Source: Candidatus Yanofskybacteria bacterium (lineage in GTDB: Bacteria; Patescibacteriota; Minisyncoccia; 2-02-FULL-40-12; IGHO2-01-FULL-4-A). From it: DNA of 64,000 bases. The stretch is from NCBI GenBank assembly GCA_016185545.1, contig JACPNJ010000005.1, positions 271,717 to 335,716 on the forward strand. The letters are read 5' to 3'. Shown here piece after piece: positions 49,032 through 58,798 of the stretch. Below the pieces are notes generated by a model. The model was not told where the DNA came from. It saw only the letters and a program-made list of their open reading frames with translations, and made no database searches. The position numbers were made by a program, and so were the translations under genes. Position 1 is the stretch's first letter; each line of letters starts with the position of its first letter.

Positions 49032-49793
49032 CTAGGCACTATACTTGTAAGTCCACAGATTCCACCTTACCTGCAATACCTCAAACAGCATTTTAATCAT
49101 CCCGCTTAATTTGACCTTACTTTCCGTATCATTCACCCATCGTATCGGCGCTTCTTCTATTTTAAAACCCAGTTTGAGGGCAATCGCCAAAATCTCCACG
49201 TCAAACGCCCAACGGAAAATTGTCTGTTTTTGAAATACCGCCTCGGTGGCTTTGCGTGAAAAACATTTGAATCCTGCCTGTGAATCTTTCACGCCAAGCG
49301 GTACGAGAGTATGCACGATCAGACGAAAAATTCCACCGAGAAAATCTCTGATCCATGGCTGCTTAACCGCTATATCAGCCCCGGCAATTCTACGGGAACC
49401 AATCACAATATCAGATCCTTGTGAAAAATATGGAAGAAAATTCTCAATTTGATCAATGGTTGTAGAATTATCCGCGTCCATAAATAAGCGGTAATCCCCC
49501 TGCGCCTCCAACATTCCCCGCCGCACCGCCCAGCCCTTGCCGTGATTTTCTTTGTCATCAATTATTTTCAGATTTGGGATTTGCCCGGCCTTCGTAGCCG
49601 AAGCTGCTACTTCATCGGGGTAAGTGGATTTGAGATTTGAAACAACGCCAACGGTATTGTCCTTTGATCCGTCACTAACCACAATGATTTCATAATCATA
49701 AGATTGCCGTGACAAATACTCGTGCACGCTCAAAAGCGTCTTTTCAATGCGTTTTTCCTCATTATAGGCAGGAATTATTACAGAAATATACAT
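49032..49793 (-). CDS. Family 2 glycosyltransferase (dolichol-phosphate mannose synthase-like)
   Basis: VIIPAYNEE, IIVVSDGS, DADN motifs. In-frame insertion PDEVAASATKAGQIP. Confidence 0.8.
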   Translation of the reverse strand: MYISVIIPAYNEEKRIEKTLLSVHEYLSRQSYDYEIIVVSDGSKDNTVGVVSNLKSTYPDEVAASATKAGQIPNLKIIDDKENHGKGWAVRRGMLEAQGDYRLFMDADNSTTIDQIENFLPYFSQGSDIVIGSRRIAGADIAVKQPWIRDFLGGIFRLIVHTLVPLGVKDSQAGFKCFSRKATEAVFQKQTIFRWAFDVEILAIALKLGFKIEEAPIRWVNDTESKVKLSGMIKMLFEVLQVRWNLWTYKYSA

Positions 49794-49811
49794 GAAACAA
49801 TTATAGCAGAA

Positions 49812-50585
49812 TCAGGGGGCGGTTAAAATTTGCGGTCCGTCTTCAGTTATCGCTACCGTATGCTCAAAGTGGGCGGCGGCAGAGCCGTCGGCGGTGTTGT
49901 AGGAGAAGCCGTCCTTGCCTTTGACTAATCGCCAATTGCCGACAACAACCATTGGCTCAATGGCAATTACCATGCCAGCCTCAAGTTTTGGACCGGCTTC
50001 GGCTGGACCGTAATTGGGCACTTGCGGTTCCTCATGCAATTCCCGACCAATGCCGTGACCGACTAAATCCCGGATAACATTGAAACCATTTTTTTCAACA
50101 ACGGTTTGGACAGCATGGCCTATTTTACCGATATGATTTCCTGCTTTTGCCTGTTTTATTCCGGCATTGAGAGCTTCTTTCGTAACTTCTATCAATTTGT
50201 AAAGTTGGGAATTAGACTTTGACCATTTTTCATAATCACCACCGCCCGTTACCGGCACTGTTACCGCCGCATCCAAATTAAACCCCTTATAAACCACGCC
50301 CATGTCCAAACTTATGGTTTCTCCTTCTTTCAATTCACGCTCTGACGGCACGCAATGCACCACTTCGTTATTAACGGATGTGCAGACAGCCGCCGGGTAA
50401 CCGCCATAATCCAAAAAGGCCGGCTTAACCTTATAAAACAAAACGAGCTCGCGCGCGAGCTTATCAAGATTTTTGGTGGTAATTCCTGGTTTCACCGCCT
50501 CTGACAGTTTTTTCAAAATTTCGGCCAGGATTCTGCCGCCTTCTCTCATGATTTCTATTTCTTGCGTAGATTTGAGATGAATCAA
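49812..50585 (-). CDS. map: Methionine aminopeptidase type I
   Basis: Pita-bread metal ligands (D, D, H, E, E) in conserved blocks. Confidence 0.9.
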   Translation of the reverse strand: MIHLKSTQEIEIMREGGRILAEILKKLSEAVKPGITTKNLDKLARELVLFYKVKPAFLDYGGYPAAVCTSVNNEVVHCVPSERELKEGETISLDMGVVYKGFNLDAAVTVPVTGGGDYEKWSKSNSQLYKLIEVTKEALNAGIKQAKAGNHIGKIGHAVQTVVEKNGFNVIRDLVGHGIGRELHEEPQVPNYGPAEAGPKLEAGMVIAIEPMVVVGNWRLVKGKDGFSYNTADGSAAAHFEHTVAITEDGPQILTAP

Positions 50586-50672
50586 CCATTCAGGTTATAG
50601 GTTATAGATTATAGGTTATAGCATTCTTCCATTATTTTTAACTATCACCTGTCACCTATTAGCTATCACCTC
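50586..50672. repeat. Heptamer-arm spacer element (ggttata)n ... (ctatcacc)n between map and adk
   Basis: caggttataggttatagattataggttatagc + loop + ctatcacctgtcacctattagctatcacc. Confidence 0.85.
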
Positions 50673-51341
50673 TCATAGATGTTTCATAATGTCTTCCTGT
50701 ACCTTCCCGATTGGCTGCTCGCCTTCAATAGTTATGGCATCATAGTCATTTTTTTTCAAAAAATCCAGCACCGGTTTGGTGTCTTTTAAAAATACGCGAT
50801 ATCTTTCCCTGATGATTTCCGGTTTGTCCAACGTCCTTGTGATTATCGGCGAACCATCTTCCGGACAGATGACAAGGTCACGGTACTGGGGAAAACCGGG
50901 TATGGGGTGCCTGCTTTTTTCACAAATCCTGCGGCTAGAATTTCGCCTAATTGATTCATTTTCGCTTAGCTTAATGTAAAAAATTTTTATGTTTTCTTTG
51001 CCATATAATTTTTCTAATTCCGGCATTTCATTTTCCGCTTCATATAAAGTGCGTGGTGAGCCGCTAAAAACTATGCCCCTGCCGACAGAAGCCAATTCCC
51101 TGATTTTTTCCACAATCAACTTGACAATCCACGGCGGCGGAAAGAGCTCGCCCATATTATATCTTCTTTTGGCTTCAGCGACTTCGGGGTCTTTTTTAAC
51201 AAGTTCTGGGTCGTTGATTTTAACTTCTCCCAGATTAGACGTTTCAATGTGCTCCAATCCAAATTTTTTAGCAATCAATTCCGCTTGCGTCCCCTTGCCC
51301 GCTCCCGGCGGCGCAATAAAAATTATGACTTGCTTAGACAT
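50673..51341 (-). CDS. adk: Adenylate kinase
   Basis: APPGAGKGTQ P-loop, FSGSPRT, Cys-containing LID. Confidence 0.85.
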   Translation of the reverse strand: MSKQVIIFIAPPGAGKGTQAELIAKKFGLEHIETSNLGEVKINDPELVKKDPEVAEAKRRYNMGELFPPPWIVKLIVEKIRELASVGRGIVFSGSPRTLYEAENEMPELEKLYGKENIKIFYIKLSENESIRRNSSRRICEKSRHPIPGFPQYRDLVICPEDGSPIITRTLDKPEIIRERYRVFLKDTKPVLDFLKKNDYDAITIEGEQPIGKVQEDIMKHL

Positions 51342-51413
51342 GCTACCTGAATTTTATCACAAAATTTTTAAAAACCAAAAACCGGCCTAACGCCGGTTTT
51401 TGTAATTTTAGAT

Positions 51414-52673
51414 TTAGTATTCATACATACTCAACTGGGCATCCGCTGACTTCATCGTTTCCAAGATAACACTGACAACAATCAGGATAGAAGTGCCGCC
51501 AACAGCAAAAGTGGTAATACCAGTTGCGCCTTGGACAATCTGCGGTAAAACAGCAATCAGACCCAAAAATATGGCACCCACCAATGTTACCCGATTTAAC
51601 AAGTGGAGCAGAAACTGCGATGTTGGTTGGCCCGGACGAATACCTGGTATGTAGCCGCCCTGTTTTTGAATATTTTCAGAAATTGACTTTGGGTCAAAAG
51701 TAACGGCAGTGTAAAAATAAGTGAATAAAACCACCAATAAAAAGTAGGATATGCCGTAAATTAACTGATTTTGCACAAAATTATTAAAAAATCCAGCGAT
51801 ACGGGCTACAAAAACGACACTTGAACCGCTTAAAAAACTGGCAATCATCCCGGGAAAAAGCAAAATAGACAAAGCAAAAATTATCGGCATCACACCAGCG
51901 TTATTTACTCTCATCGGCAGATAAGTGGAAACTCCGCCAAACACCCGTGAACCACGTATACGCCTGGCATAGTTAATCGGTATATTTCTTTGGGCTTCGG
52001 TAAGATAAACCACACCCGCAATAACGATAAGCGAAATTATTACGAATCCAATATAAGTAAATATCTGCTGGGAACTATAGGTTAAAAGTAATTGCCTAAC
52101 CGTAGTTGGAAAACCAGCGACAATGCCGGCAAAAATCAGAAGCGAGACTCCATTGCCTAGATTTTTCTCCGATATCAGTTCACCTAGCCACATCAAAAAT
52201 ACCGAACCGGCCGCAATTACCAAAAGTGAACCTGCCCAAGTGAATAAATCCAGCTGGCCTATCACCCCCTGACGTGACAAAAGAACAATAAAGGCATAAC
52301 CCTGAAGCATTGCCAATGGCACGGTCAAAAGCCGTGAATACTGATTAAATCTCTGCCGGCCGGCTTCACCCTCATATTTGTACATTTGTTCCAATGAAGG
52401 AAAAATCATGGTTAAAAGCTGCATTATAATTGAGGCAGTTATATAAGGTCCCAAACCAAGCATAGCTATTGAAAAGTTATCCAGTCCTCCGCCGGTAAAA
52501 GCGCTGATTAAACCGAAAAGCTGGTTATTCGCCAGAAAATCCTTGAGCCGCGACGGATCAATGCCGGGAATAGGGATTGCGGCGGTAACACGAAAAACCA
52601 CCAACATGGCCAAAATAAACAACACTTTGTTTCGCAGATCTTTGATTTTAAAAATTTTGAGTAAGCGGTTCAT
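51414..52673 (-). CDS. secY: Preprotein translocase SecY
   Basis: 10 TM; conserved SecY N-terminus and plug region. Confidence 0.9.
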   Translation of the reverse strand: MNRLLKIFKIKDLRNKVLFILAMLVVFRVTAAIPIPGIDPSRLKDFLANNQLFGLISAFTGGGLDNFSIAMLGLGPYITASIIMQLLTMIFPSLEQMYKYEGEAGRQRFNQYSRLLTVPLAMLQGYAFIVLLSRQGVIGQLDLFTWAGSLLVIAAGSVFLMWLGELISEKNLGNGVSLLIFAGIVAGFPTTVRQLLLTYSSQQIFTYIGFVIISLIVIAGVVYLTEAQRNIPINYARRIRGSRVFGGVSTYLPMRVNNAGVMPIIFALSILLFPGMIASFLSGSSVVFVARIAGFFNNFVQNQLIYGISYFLLVVLFTYFYTAVTFDPKSISENIQKQGGYIPGIRPGQPTSQFLLHLLNRVTLVGAIFLGLIAVLPQIVQGATGITTFAVGGTSILIVVSVILETMKSADAQLSMYEY

Positions 52674-52786
52674 TAAAATTTTAGCTTAAAATTCAAAACT
52701 CAAATTTCAAATTTTTATTGAAACTTAAAATCTAGATTTTAAAATGATTTGAGTTTTGAATTTTAGATTCCATTTAAAATTTGTGA
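52674..52786. repeat. AT-rich inverted-repeat spacer (aaattcaaaactcaaat ... atttgagttttgaattt); related copy at 57942-58064
   Basis: 18-bp near-perfect IR arms separated by ~40 nt. Confidence 0.85.
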
Positions 52787-53248
52787 TTACTCAATGGCTC
52801 CACCAGCTTTTAGTACTTTCTCCCTTGCTGACTTAGAAAATTTAAAACCTGAAAAACTAAGCTTCTTTGTTAATTCTCCATCACCCAAAATTTTTACGCC
52901 ATTTTTAGAATTTTTTATAATGCCTAACTTAACCAAAACTTTAGGTTCAACCCTGTTGCCATCTTTAAAATTAGAATTCACAGTATTAAGATCAATAATT
53001 ACTGGCTTATTGTACTTAACCTGAAATGCCCGATGTTTAATGTCAACTTTCTTGGTTGCGCCACGCTGTTTCGGAAAAAGTTTCCAAATTGGGTTGTCGC
53101 CGCCGCGAAAACCCGGCCGTATTCTAGCGCCGGCACGAGACTTCTGGCCCTTTGAGCCATGGCCTGAGTAGGTGCCACGCTTGCCACCCCGACCTACCCG
53201 CTTTCGTTTTTTATTTTTAGTTGTGTATTTTAGTTGGTGAAGCTGCAT
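52787..53248 (-). CDS. rplO: 50S ribosomal protein L15
   Basis: RVGRGG...GHGSKGQKSRAG motif. Confidence 0.9.
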   Translation of the reverse strand: MQLHQLKYTTKNKKRKRVGRGGKRGTYSGHGSKGQKSRAGARIRPGFRGGDNPIWKLFPKQRGATKKVDIKHRAFQVKYNKPVIIDLNTVNSNFKDGNRVEPKVLVKLGIIKNSKNGVKILGDGELTKKLSFSGFKFSKSAREKVLKAGGAIE

Positions 53249-53313
53249 TATTCAGGTTACAGGTTACAGGTTACAGGTTCAAAAAATTAAACCTAGCACC
53301 TGACACCTGACAC
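53249..53313. repeat. Heptamer-arm palindromic spacer element (caggtta)n ... (cctgaca)n, copy A
   Basis: (caggtta)3 + ttcaaaaaattaaacc + tagcacctgacacctgacacctag. Near-identical to 57614-57692. Confidence 0.9.
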
Positions 53314-53820
53314 CTAGTTTTTGAGCTTGCTCAACGCTCCTATCGTTGCTCTTGCTATATTTATCTTATTTCCGGTTCTTTTTATAAGCTTTGCGGAAAT
53401 ATTTTCAATACCAGAAAGTTTAGCCACTACACGTACCGCTCCTCCAGCCTTAACTCCGTTGCCAACTGGCGCGGGCTTAAGTAAAACCACCGCGCTGCCG
53501 TATTTATATTCAATTATGTGTGGTATTGTGCCGTTTTTTATCGGCACTGTGACCATGTTTTTACGTGCTTGATGTGTCGCTTTTTGCATTGACTGAGCCA
53601 CGTCATGACCTTGAGCAACTCCAACTCCTACCCTGCCCTTACCATCACCTATAGCAATAGTGGCACGGAAACTGAATCGCTTGCCACCCTTGGTTACACG
53701 AGTTACCCTAGCAATATCCAAAACTTTGGAATCAAATTCCGATTTTTCTTTGGGTGTCCCCCGATCTCTGCCGAAGCCTCTTCTGCCTCCGGTTTTTTTA
53801 TTATTTTTTTGTTCCTCCAT
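53314..53820 (-). CDS. rpsE: 30S ribosomal protein S5
   Basis: S5 dsRBD plus C-terminal domain. Confidence 0.9.
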   Translation of the reverse strand: MEEQKNNKKTGGRRGFGRDRGTPKEKSEFDSKVLDIARVTRVTKGGKRFSFRATIAIGDGKGRVGVGVAQGHDVAQSMQKATHQARKNMVTVPIKNGTIPHIIEYKYGSAVVLLKPAPVGNGVKAGGAVRVVAKLSGIENISAKLIKRTGNKINIARATIGALSKLKN

Positions 53821-54026
53821 GCCAGTTTGTCCAAACGCAGCGTTAACGAGTATTGGCTAACAAACTGCGCACCCCGCTCTTTCTAATCACTAATCGAGAT
53901 AAATAAAGTAGAAACTTTACCGATAGGCATTTATTACTTAATCTCGAATATCAATCAGAAAGAGCGGGGTTAAGTATTTTTTACTATGCTCGGCTCGCAA
54001 TAGCTCGCCTGCGCGTGGAAAAATAC
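53821..54026. repeat. GC-capped long inverted repeat spacer (accccgctctttc ... gaaagagcggggt) with the atgctcggctcgc...ctcgcctgcgcgtgga tail
   Basis: IR arms ~30 nt; tail motif shared with 55139-55170. Confidence 0.85.
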
Positions 54027-54398
54027 TTAAAATTTTAGTCCTCCCCTTCTTAATCCTTCCGCCAATGCTCTTATTCTCCCGTGATATTTGTAGCCCCCCC
54101 TATCAAATACGACCTTGCTTATCCTCATGTCTTTGGCTTTTTTTGCCAACGTTTCTCCGATTAAATCAGCTCTTGCGGTTTTACTTTCTTTTTTTATTTT
54201 AGTTCCGCTTTTCATACTATTTTTTACTTTCAGGATATCACTGGCACTTATCAGTGTTTTTCCGGTCGCATCATCAATTATCTGAACAAAAACGTGACGA
54301 CTACTGCGAAAAACCGAAACTCGCGGAGTCTCTTTTGTTCCACGCACTTTTGCCCTAACACGGTTATGTCTTTTTTCTCTGTGTTGCTTTTTATTCAT
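54027..54398 (-). CDS. rplR: 50S ribosomal protein L18
   Basis: L18 family; C-terminal RIRALAEG. Confidence 0.9.
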   Translation of the reverse strand: MNKKQHREKRHNRVRAKVRGTKETPRVSVFRSSRHVFVQIIDDATGKTLISASDILKVKNSMKSGTKIKKESKTARADLIGETLAKKAKDMRISKVVFDRGGYKYHGRIRALAEGLRRGGLKF

Positions 54399-54470
54399 GC
54401 TAAAGTTTCTAGTTTCTAGTTTTTAGTTTCTAGTGAATTTTACTAGCAACTAGAACCTAGAACCTAGCAA
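54399..54470. repeat. Heptamer-arm spacer element (tagtttc)4 ... (ctagaac)n
   Basis: Tandem 7-mers followed by an imperfectly complementary tandem arm; loop gtgaatttta. Confidence 0.9.
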
Positions 54471-55025
54471 CTATCCTGCCGTTGCTACCGCCTTCTTGCC
54501 CGCCTTTCTTAAAATAACTTCGTTCTTGTATTTAATGCCGGAACCCTTATACGGTTCCGGCGGTTTAGCCGCCCTTATTAAAGCCGCGACATGACCGACT
54601 TTTTCTTTATCCGGTCCAGTTACTTTTATAACATTTTTCTCCACCCGGAAAGTCACTCCTTCAGGCGCTTTTACCGAAACTGGATTGGTATAACCCAGAC
54701 TTAATTCAATGGAATCTTCCTTTACTTGAGCCTTGAAACCCACTCCATTAAACTCCAGTACCTTTTCAAAACCGCCAAAAACACCCTTTATCATTGTTGC
54801 CGCCAGCGCCCTGCCCAATCCCCAAAATTTAGAAGTTTCTTTGCTGGCATCAATGCCTTGTTTTAATCCAATAACAACGGCACCATCTTCCACTCTGGCA
54901 ATTAAAACATCCGGAAGAATTTTTTCCAGTTCGCCCTTGGGACCCTTGGCGTGAATTTTTTGACCGTCAATTTCCACTTCCACACCATCCGGAATTTTGA
55001 TTAGTTTTTTACCTATTCTAGACAT
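54471..55025 (-). CDS. rplF: 50S ribosomal protein L6
   Basis: MSRIGKKLIKIP; two L6 repeats. Confidence 0.9.
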   Translation of the reverse strand: MSRIGKKLIKIPDGVEVEIDGQKIHAKGPKGELEKILPDVLIARVEDGAVVIGLKQGIDASKETSKFWGLGRALAATMIKGVFGGFEKVLEFNGVGFKAQVKEDSIELSLGYTNPVSVKAPEGVTFRVEKNVIKVTGPDKEKVGHVAALIRAAKPPEPYKGSGIKYKNEVILRKAGKKAVATAG

Positions 55026-55179
55026 GCAAATTTGTCCAATCGGACAAGCGTAATCGCGTAGTCCGATTGGGTAACAGATTTAGCACCCCGCCCTCTAAGC
55101 ACTTTAATAGCTTAGAGGGCGGGGTAACTAACTGTTACCATGCTCGGCTCGCTTTGCTCGCCTGCGCGTGGACAGCTAT
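55026..55179. repeat. GC-rich multi-hairpin spacer element, copy 1 (paralog at 59432-59583)
   Basis: ccaatcggac..gtccgattgg; accccgccctctaagc...gcttagagggcggggt; ggtaactaactgttacc; atgctcggctcgc tail. Confidence 0.9.
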
Positions 55180-55578
55180 TTACCAAACCTCAAAAAGCAC
55201 CTCTCCTCCCAGTTCGGCTTTCCTTGCATCTTCGCCCGCCATTATCCCCTTGGATGTTGAAATCACAGAAATACCATAACCATTTTTCACGGGTTTTAAA
55301 TCTTTTTTACCGGCATACATTCTTCGCGATGGTTTTGAAACCAACTTAATTCCCTTGATTGCGCCTACACCGTTATCATATTTTAATTCAATTGCCAGCA
55401 TATTAAATTCGGATTTTTTGGTTTTTATTTTTCTCTTGTCAACACCGGCGATAAATCCTTTGGTTTTTAAAATTCCGGCAATTTCAAATTTAATTTTTGA
55501 AAAAGGTGAAACTATCTCGCTTTTACCGCGAGCCTGCGCATTTTTTATTTGGGTCAGCATGTTTGCGATTGGACTCAA
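55180..55578 (-). CDS. rpsH: 30S ribosomal protein S8
   Basis: DPIADMLTQIKNA-like N-terminus. Confidence 0.9.
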   Translation of the reverse strand: MSPIANMLTQIKNAQARGKSEIVSPFSKIKFEIAGILKTKGFIAGVDKRKIKTKKSEFNMLAIELKYDNGVGAIKGIKLVSKPSRRMYAGKKDLKPVKNGYGISVISTSKGIMAGEDARKAELGGEVLFEVW

Positions 55579-55687
55579 GTTAGTTTATCAAGTTTATAAA
55601 GTTTTAAAGTTTACAAAGTTAGATTCTGAATAACTTTACAAACTTTATGAACTTTATGAACTTTATGAACTTTTTACTGGTCGTGGT
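55579..55687. repeat. Heptamer-arm spacer element (aagttta)n ... (gaacttt(at))n
   Basis: caagtttataaagttttaaagtttacaaagtt ... aactttacaaactttatgaactttatgaactttatgaacttt. Confidence 0.9.
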
Positions 55688-55873
55688 TTACCACGAACTT
55701 TTATGTATTCCGGGCAGTAATCCTTGGCTAGCCAGCTCTCTGAAATGCACCCGGCACAAACCGAATTTCCTGATATAGCCGTGCTTGCGCCCGCACATAA
55801 AACAGCGGTTTACGATTCTGCTTGAAAACTTGGGCTTCTTATTTGATCTTGCGATTGTGGATTTTTTCGGCAT
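55688..55873 (-). CDS. rpsN: 30S ribosomal protein S14 (Zn-type)
   Basis: 61-aa form with CxxC...C..H; start set to MPKKST. Confidence 0.8.
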   Translation of the reverse strand: MPKKSTIARSNKKPKFSSRIVNRCFMCGRKHGYIRKFGLCRVHFRELASQGLLPGIHKSSW

Positions 55874-55946
55874 GCCAATTTTCTCAACGAGGCAAGCGTA
55901 TGCTCGCGACGCCGAGTTGTTAGAAAGCTTGAGCACCCCGCTGCAT

Positions 55947-56534
55947 TTAAAGGTTCCGCTTAATTGGAAACCCCGTCAATCTCAATAACTCCACGCCTTC
56001 TTCCTTAGATTTAGCCGTCGTTACCACTGTAACTTCCAAAGGAAATATGTCCTTCAGCGATTCATATGTAACTTCCGGAAAAATCGTCTGTTCTTTGATA
56101 CCGATGTTAATATTTCCGTGCTGGTCAAACACCTTCTGTTCCAAACCATGGAAATCCCGCGAACGCGGCAAAGCTATTGAAATTAACCTATCTATAAAAT
56201 CATACATTCGCCTTCCGCGCAAGGTCACCACCATTCCAACATCCAGTCCTTGGCGCACCTTAAAACCGGAAATTGATTGTTTCGCTTTGCGCATCGCGGC
56301 TTTTTGGCCGGTTATTTTAGCCAAGTCCTGCTCAATTTTTTCAATTGCTTTTGTCTCCTTGGCCACCGCCTTGCGCCCATAGCCGACATTAACCACGACT
56401 TTCTCAATCTTCGGCACCGCCATCACATTCTTGTAACCGAACTTAGCCTTCATCAAGGGTAGTACTTCTTTACGATACTTTTCTAATAATCTAGGTTGTT
56501 GTGTTTTCATTTTCATAAAAGGATCCCGCCCCAT
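55947..56534 (-). CDS. rplE: 50S ribosomal protein L5
   Basis: L5 family; true start probably a few codons downstream (MKMKTQQ). Confidence 0.9.
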   Translation of the reverse strand: MGRDPFMKMKTQQPRLLEKYRKEVLPLMKAKFGYKNVMAVPKIEKVVVNVGYGRKAVAKETKAIEKIEQDLAKITGQKAAMRKAKQSISGFKVRQGLDVGMVVTLRGRRMYDFIDRLISIALPRSRDFHGLEQKVFDQHGNINIGIKEQTIFPEVTYESLKDIFPLEVTVVTTAKSKEEGVELLRLTGFPIKRNL

Positions 56535-56756
56535 CCGGGGTCATGGCTTCCTTGGCAATTTGGTTTTAACAAAACTCGCCTTCGGCTTTGATTTTATTTT
56601 GTCTAAAACTCTGCTACCAGAAGGGGCGGGATTGCGCTTGTTACCAGTGCTCGCCTCGCCATGCTCGGCTCCGCCCTGACAAGCTTACCTCTTTTCGGTA
56701 TTTAGTTAGTAATCTTGGTGTATTTAACATAATTAAATACTAGCAAAGCTAGTTTG
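56535..56756. repeat. GC-rich hairpin spacer (cccgcccc...ggggcggg) with atgctcggctc motif
   Basis: ggatcccgccccatccggggtc...gaaggggcgggattgcg; ccatgctcggctccgccc. Confidence 0.8.
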
Positions 56757-57062
56757 CTAGTTTTCTGATCCACATTTTTTGCATATTCTCTCTTTATTAT
56801 CTCCAACAATCTTATGCCCCACTCTTGTCGGCTTCCCGCAACTCTTGCATACTAACATAACTTTTGACGCATCCACCGCCCGCTCTTTATGAATTATCTG
56901 CCCCTTCTGCCCTTGCTTTCTGGCCCGCAAATGCCTGGCAACGGTATTCAATTTTTCAACCACAATTTTACCTTCGCGCGGAAAAACAAACAAAACCTTA
57001 CCCGTCTTGCCCCGGTCTTTACCGTTCAACATCACCACGTTGTCGCCTTTTTTGATGTTCAT
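56757..57062 (-). CDS. rplX: 50S ribosomal protein L24 with C-terminal CxxC...CxxC zinc-ribbon extension
   Basis: KOW motif IKKGDNVVMLNGKDRGKTGKV; C-terminus CKSCGK...CKKCG. Confidence 0.85.
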   Translation of the reverse strand: MNIKKGDNVVMLNGKDRGKTGKVLFVFPREGKIVVEKLNTVARHLRARKQGQKGQIIHKERAVDASKVMLVCKSCGKPTRVGHKIVGDNKERICKKCGSEN

Positions 57063-57241
57063 TTCTTATAAATTAAGTTTGAACTTTGTAAATTTTTCTT
57101 TTCTGGGCGAGCAGGAACAAATATTATCAAATTTCTGAAGTTTTTCGCTGATGGGAATCCACTATTGGAGCACATCTAGAAAAACGAGAAAATTTGATAA
57201 ATATTTGTAAGCGAGAACAAACAAAGAAAAATTTACAAAGT
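57063..57241. repeat. Nested perfect inverted repeats in the rplX-rplN spacer
   Basis: gtttgaactttgtaaattttt ... aaaaatttacaaagttcaaac (21 bp) enclosing atattatcaaatttc ... gaaaatttgataaatat. Confidence 0.85.
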
Positions 57242-57613
57242 TCAAACGATCTCTTGCGCCAAACTTGCAATGGTGTCAAATCCTCTTTCTTTTATTTCTC
57301 TGGGTATCGGCCCGAAAATTCTGCCGCCCTTAGGTTCCTTGCTAGTACCCTCTAATATCACTACTGCATTATCGTCAAATCTGACATAACTTCCATCTTT
57401 TCTTCTGAAATTATTCCTCTGGCGGACAATCACGGCCCTGAGTACATCTTTCTTTTTGACTTGTTTGCGCGGTTCGGTTTCTTTGACGGATATTACGATA
57501 ATATCGCCAAGCTGGCCGTATCTATGCCTCGTTCCGCCCAAAACCTGAATCACGCCAACCTTTTTGGCTCCACTATTATCAGCAACATTTAAAATTGAAC
57601 GCAGTTGAATCAC
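57242..57613 (-). CDS. rplN: 50S ribosomal protein L14
   Basis: MIQ..S.L.VADNSGAK. Confidence 0.9.
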   Translation of the reverse strand: MIQLRSILNVADNSGAKKVGVIQVLGGTRHRYGQLGDIIVISVKETEPRKQVKKKDVLRAVIVRQRNNFRRKDGSYVRFDDNAVVILEGTSKEPKGGRIFGPIPREIKERGFDTIASLAQEIV

Positions 57614-57692
57614 TTAATCAGGTTACAGGTTACAGGTTACAGGTTACAGGTTAAAAAATTAAACCTAGCACCTGACACCCGAAACCTGACAC
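57614..57692. repeat. Heptamer-arm palindromic spacer element, copy B
   Basis: (caggtta)4 + taaaaaattaaacc + tagcacctgacacccgaaacctgacacc. Confidence 0.9.
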
Positions 57693-57941
57693 CTATACTT
57701 TTCCTATGATTTGCCATCTCTTGTCTTTCGACATCGGCTTTGTTTCCCGAATAACAACTTTATCCCCAATATGATACTCCCCCTTCTCATCATGCGCCTT
57801 AAATCGTTTGGTAATTTTGTAATATTTCTTGTATTTTGGGTGCTTCTTTAATCTTATAACCGAAACCACCACAGTTTTGGTCATTTTGTCCGACACTACG
57901 ATTCCCTTTAATTGTCTTATCTTTTTGATCAATTGTTTCAT
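57693..57941 (-). CDS. rpsQ: 30S ribosomal protein S17
   Basis: S17 OB fold; GIVVSDKMTKT. Confidence 0.9.
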   Translation of the reverse strand: MKQLIKKIRQLKGIVVSDKMTKTVVVSVIRLKKHPKYKKYYKITKRFKAHDEKGEYHIGDKVVIRETKPMSKDKRWQIIGKV

Positions 57942-58064
57942 GGCTTATTAAATTCAAAACTCAAATTTTAAATTTTAATTGAAATTTCGAATTCAAAATA
58001 TAAAATAACATTTTAATTTTAAGTTTGCGGTTTCATTTGATTTTTTGAATTTTGTAATTTGAAT
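57942..58064. repeat. Second copy of the aaattcaaaactcaaat spacer family
   Basis: ttaaattcaaaactcaaatttt ... ttgattttttgaattttgtaatttgaat. Confidence 0.8.
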
Positions 58065-58274
58065 CTATTTATTTTTGGGTTTCGCGATTCGTGCTTCAAT
58101 CTTAATTGCTGTTAAAATTCTCGCTATGTCTTTTTTGGTTTTTTTAATTTGGCTCACATCTTTCACTGACTTATTTGCCAGCTCAAATCTCAATTTCCCC
58201 AGCTTAATCTGCAACTCCTTAAGCATTTCGTTTAATTCAACTTGGGATTTAGATTGTATATCGCTAAATTTCAT
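58065..58274 (-). CDS. rpmC: 50S ribosomal protein L29
   Basis: 69 aa coiled-coil; ELNEMLKELQ. Confidence 0.85.
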   Translation of the reverse strand: MKFSDIQSKSQVELNEMLKELQIKLGKLRFELANKSVKDVSQIKKTKKDIARILTAIKIEARIAKPKNK

Positions 58275-58303
58275 AAGCTGTAAAGCTATGGATCCGGAAA
58301 GTT

Positions 58304-58711
58304 TTATAGCTTTTTAATAAATCTGGTCTTAATCGGCAATTTGTGCGCCGCCAATCTTAATGCCTCCATAGCCGTTTTTTCGGTAACGCCATCCATCTCA
58401 AATAATATCCTGCCCGCTTCAACCGGTGCCACAAAATGAGATAACGATCCGGCACCACCGCCCATTCCGACTTCCGCGCCCTTTTGCGTCCGTGGTTTAT
58501 CGGGGAACACTCTTATCCATATCTTGCCACCGCGCTGAATGAAGTGGGTAATTGCTCGCCGTGCCGCTTCCAGCTGATTGGCCTTAAGCCAGCTTGATTC
58601 CATTGCCTTAAGACCGTAACTGCCAAAGCTCAAATAATACCCGCGCGTTGTGGTTTTTTTCAACGTTCCCTTGTGAACCTTGCGGTGTTTTATGCGTTTG
58701 GGCTGTAGCAA
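58304..58711 (-). CDS. rplP: 50S ribosomal protein L16
   Basis: MLQPKRIKHRK. Confidence 0.9.
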   Translation of the reverse strand: MLQPKRIKHRKVHKGTLKKTTTRGYYLSFGSYGLKAMESSWLKANQLEAARRAITHFIQRGGKIWIRVFPDKPRTQKGAEVGMGGGAGSLSHFVAPVEAGRILFEMDGVTEKTAMEALRLAAHKLPIKTRFIKKL

Positions 58712-58798
58712 ACTAGCTGATAGCTGATAGCTGATAGCTGATAGCTTTTTGAAGTCAAGCTATAACCCATCACCTAAAAACTATAACCTTTGCGATTG
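58712..58798. repeat. Heptamer-arm spacer element (tagctga)4 ...
   Basis: ctagctgatagctgatagctgatagctgatagc + loop + gctataacc...ctataacc. Confidence 0.85.
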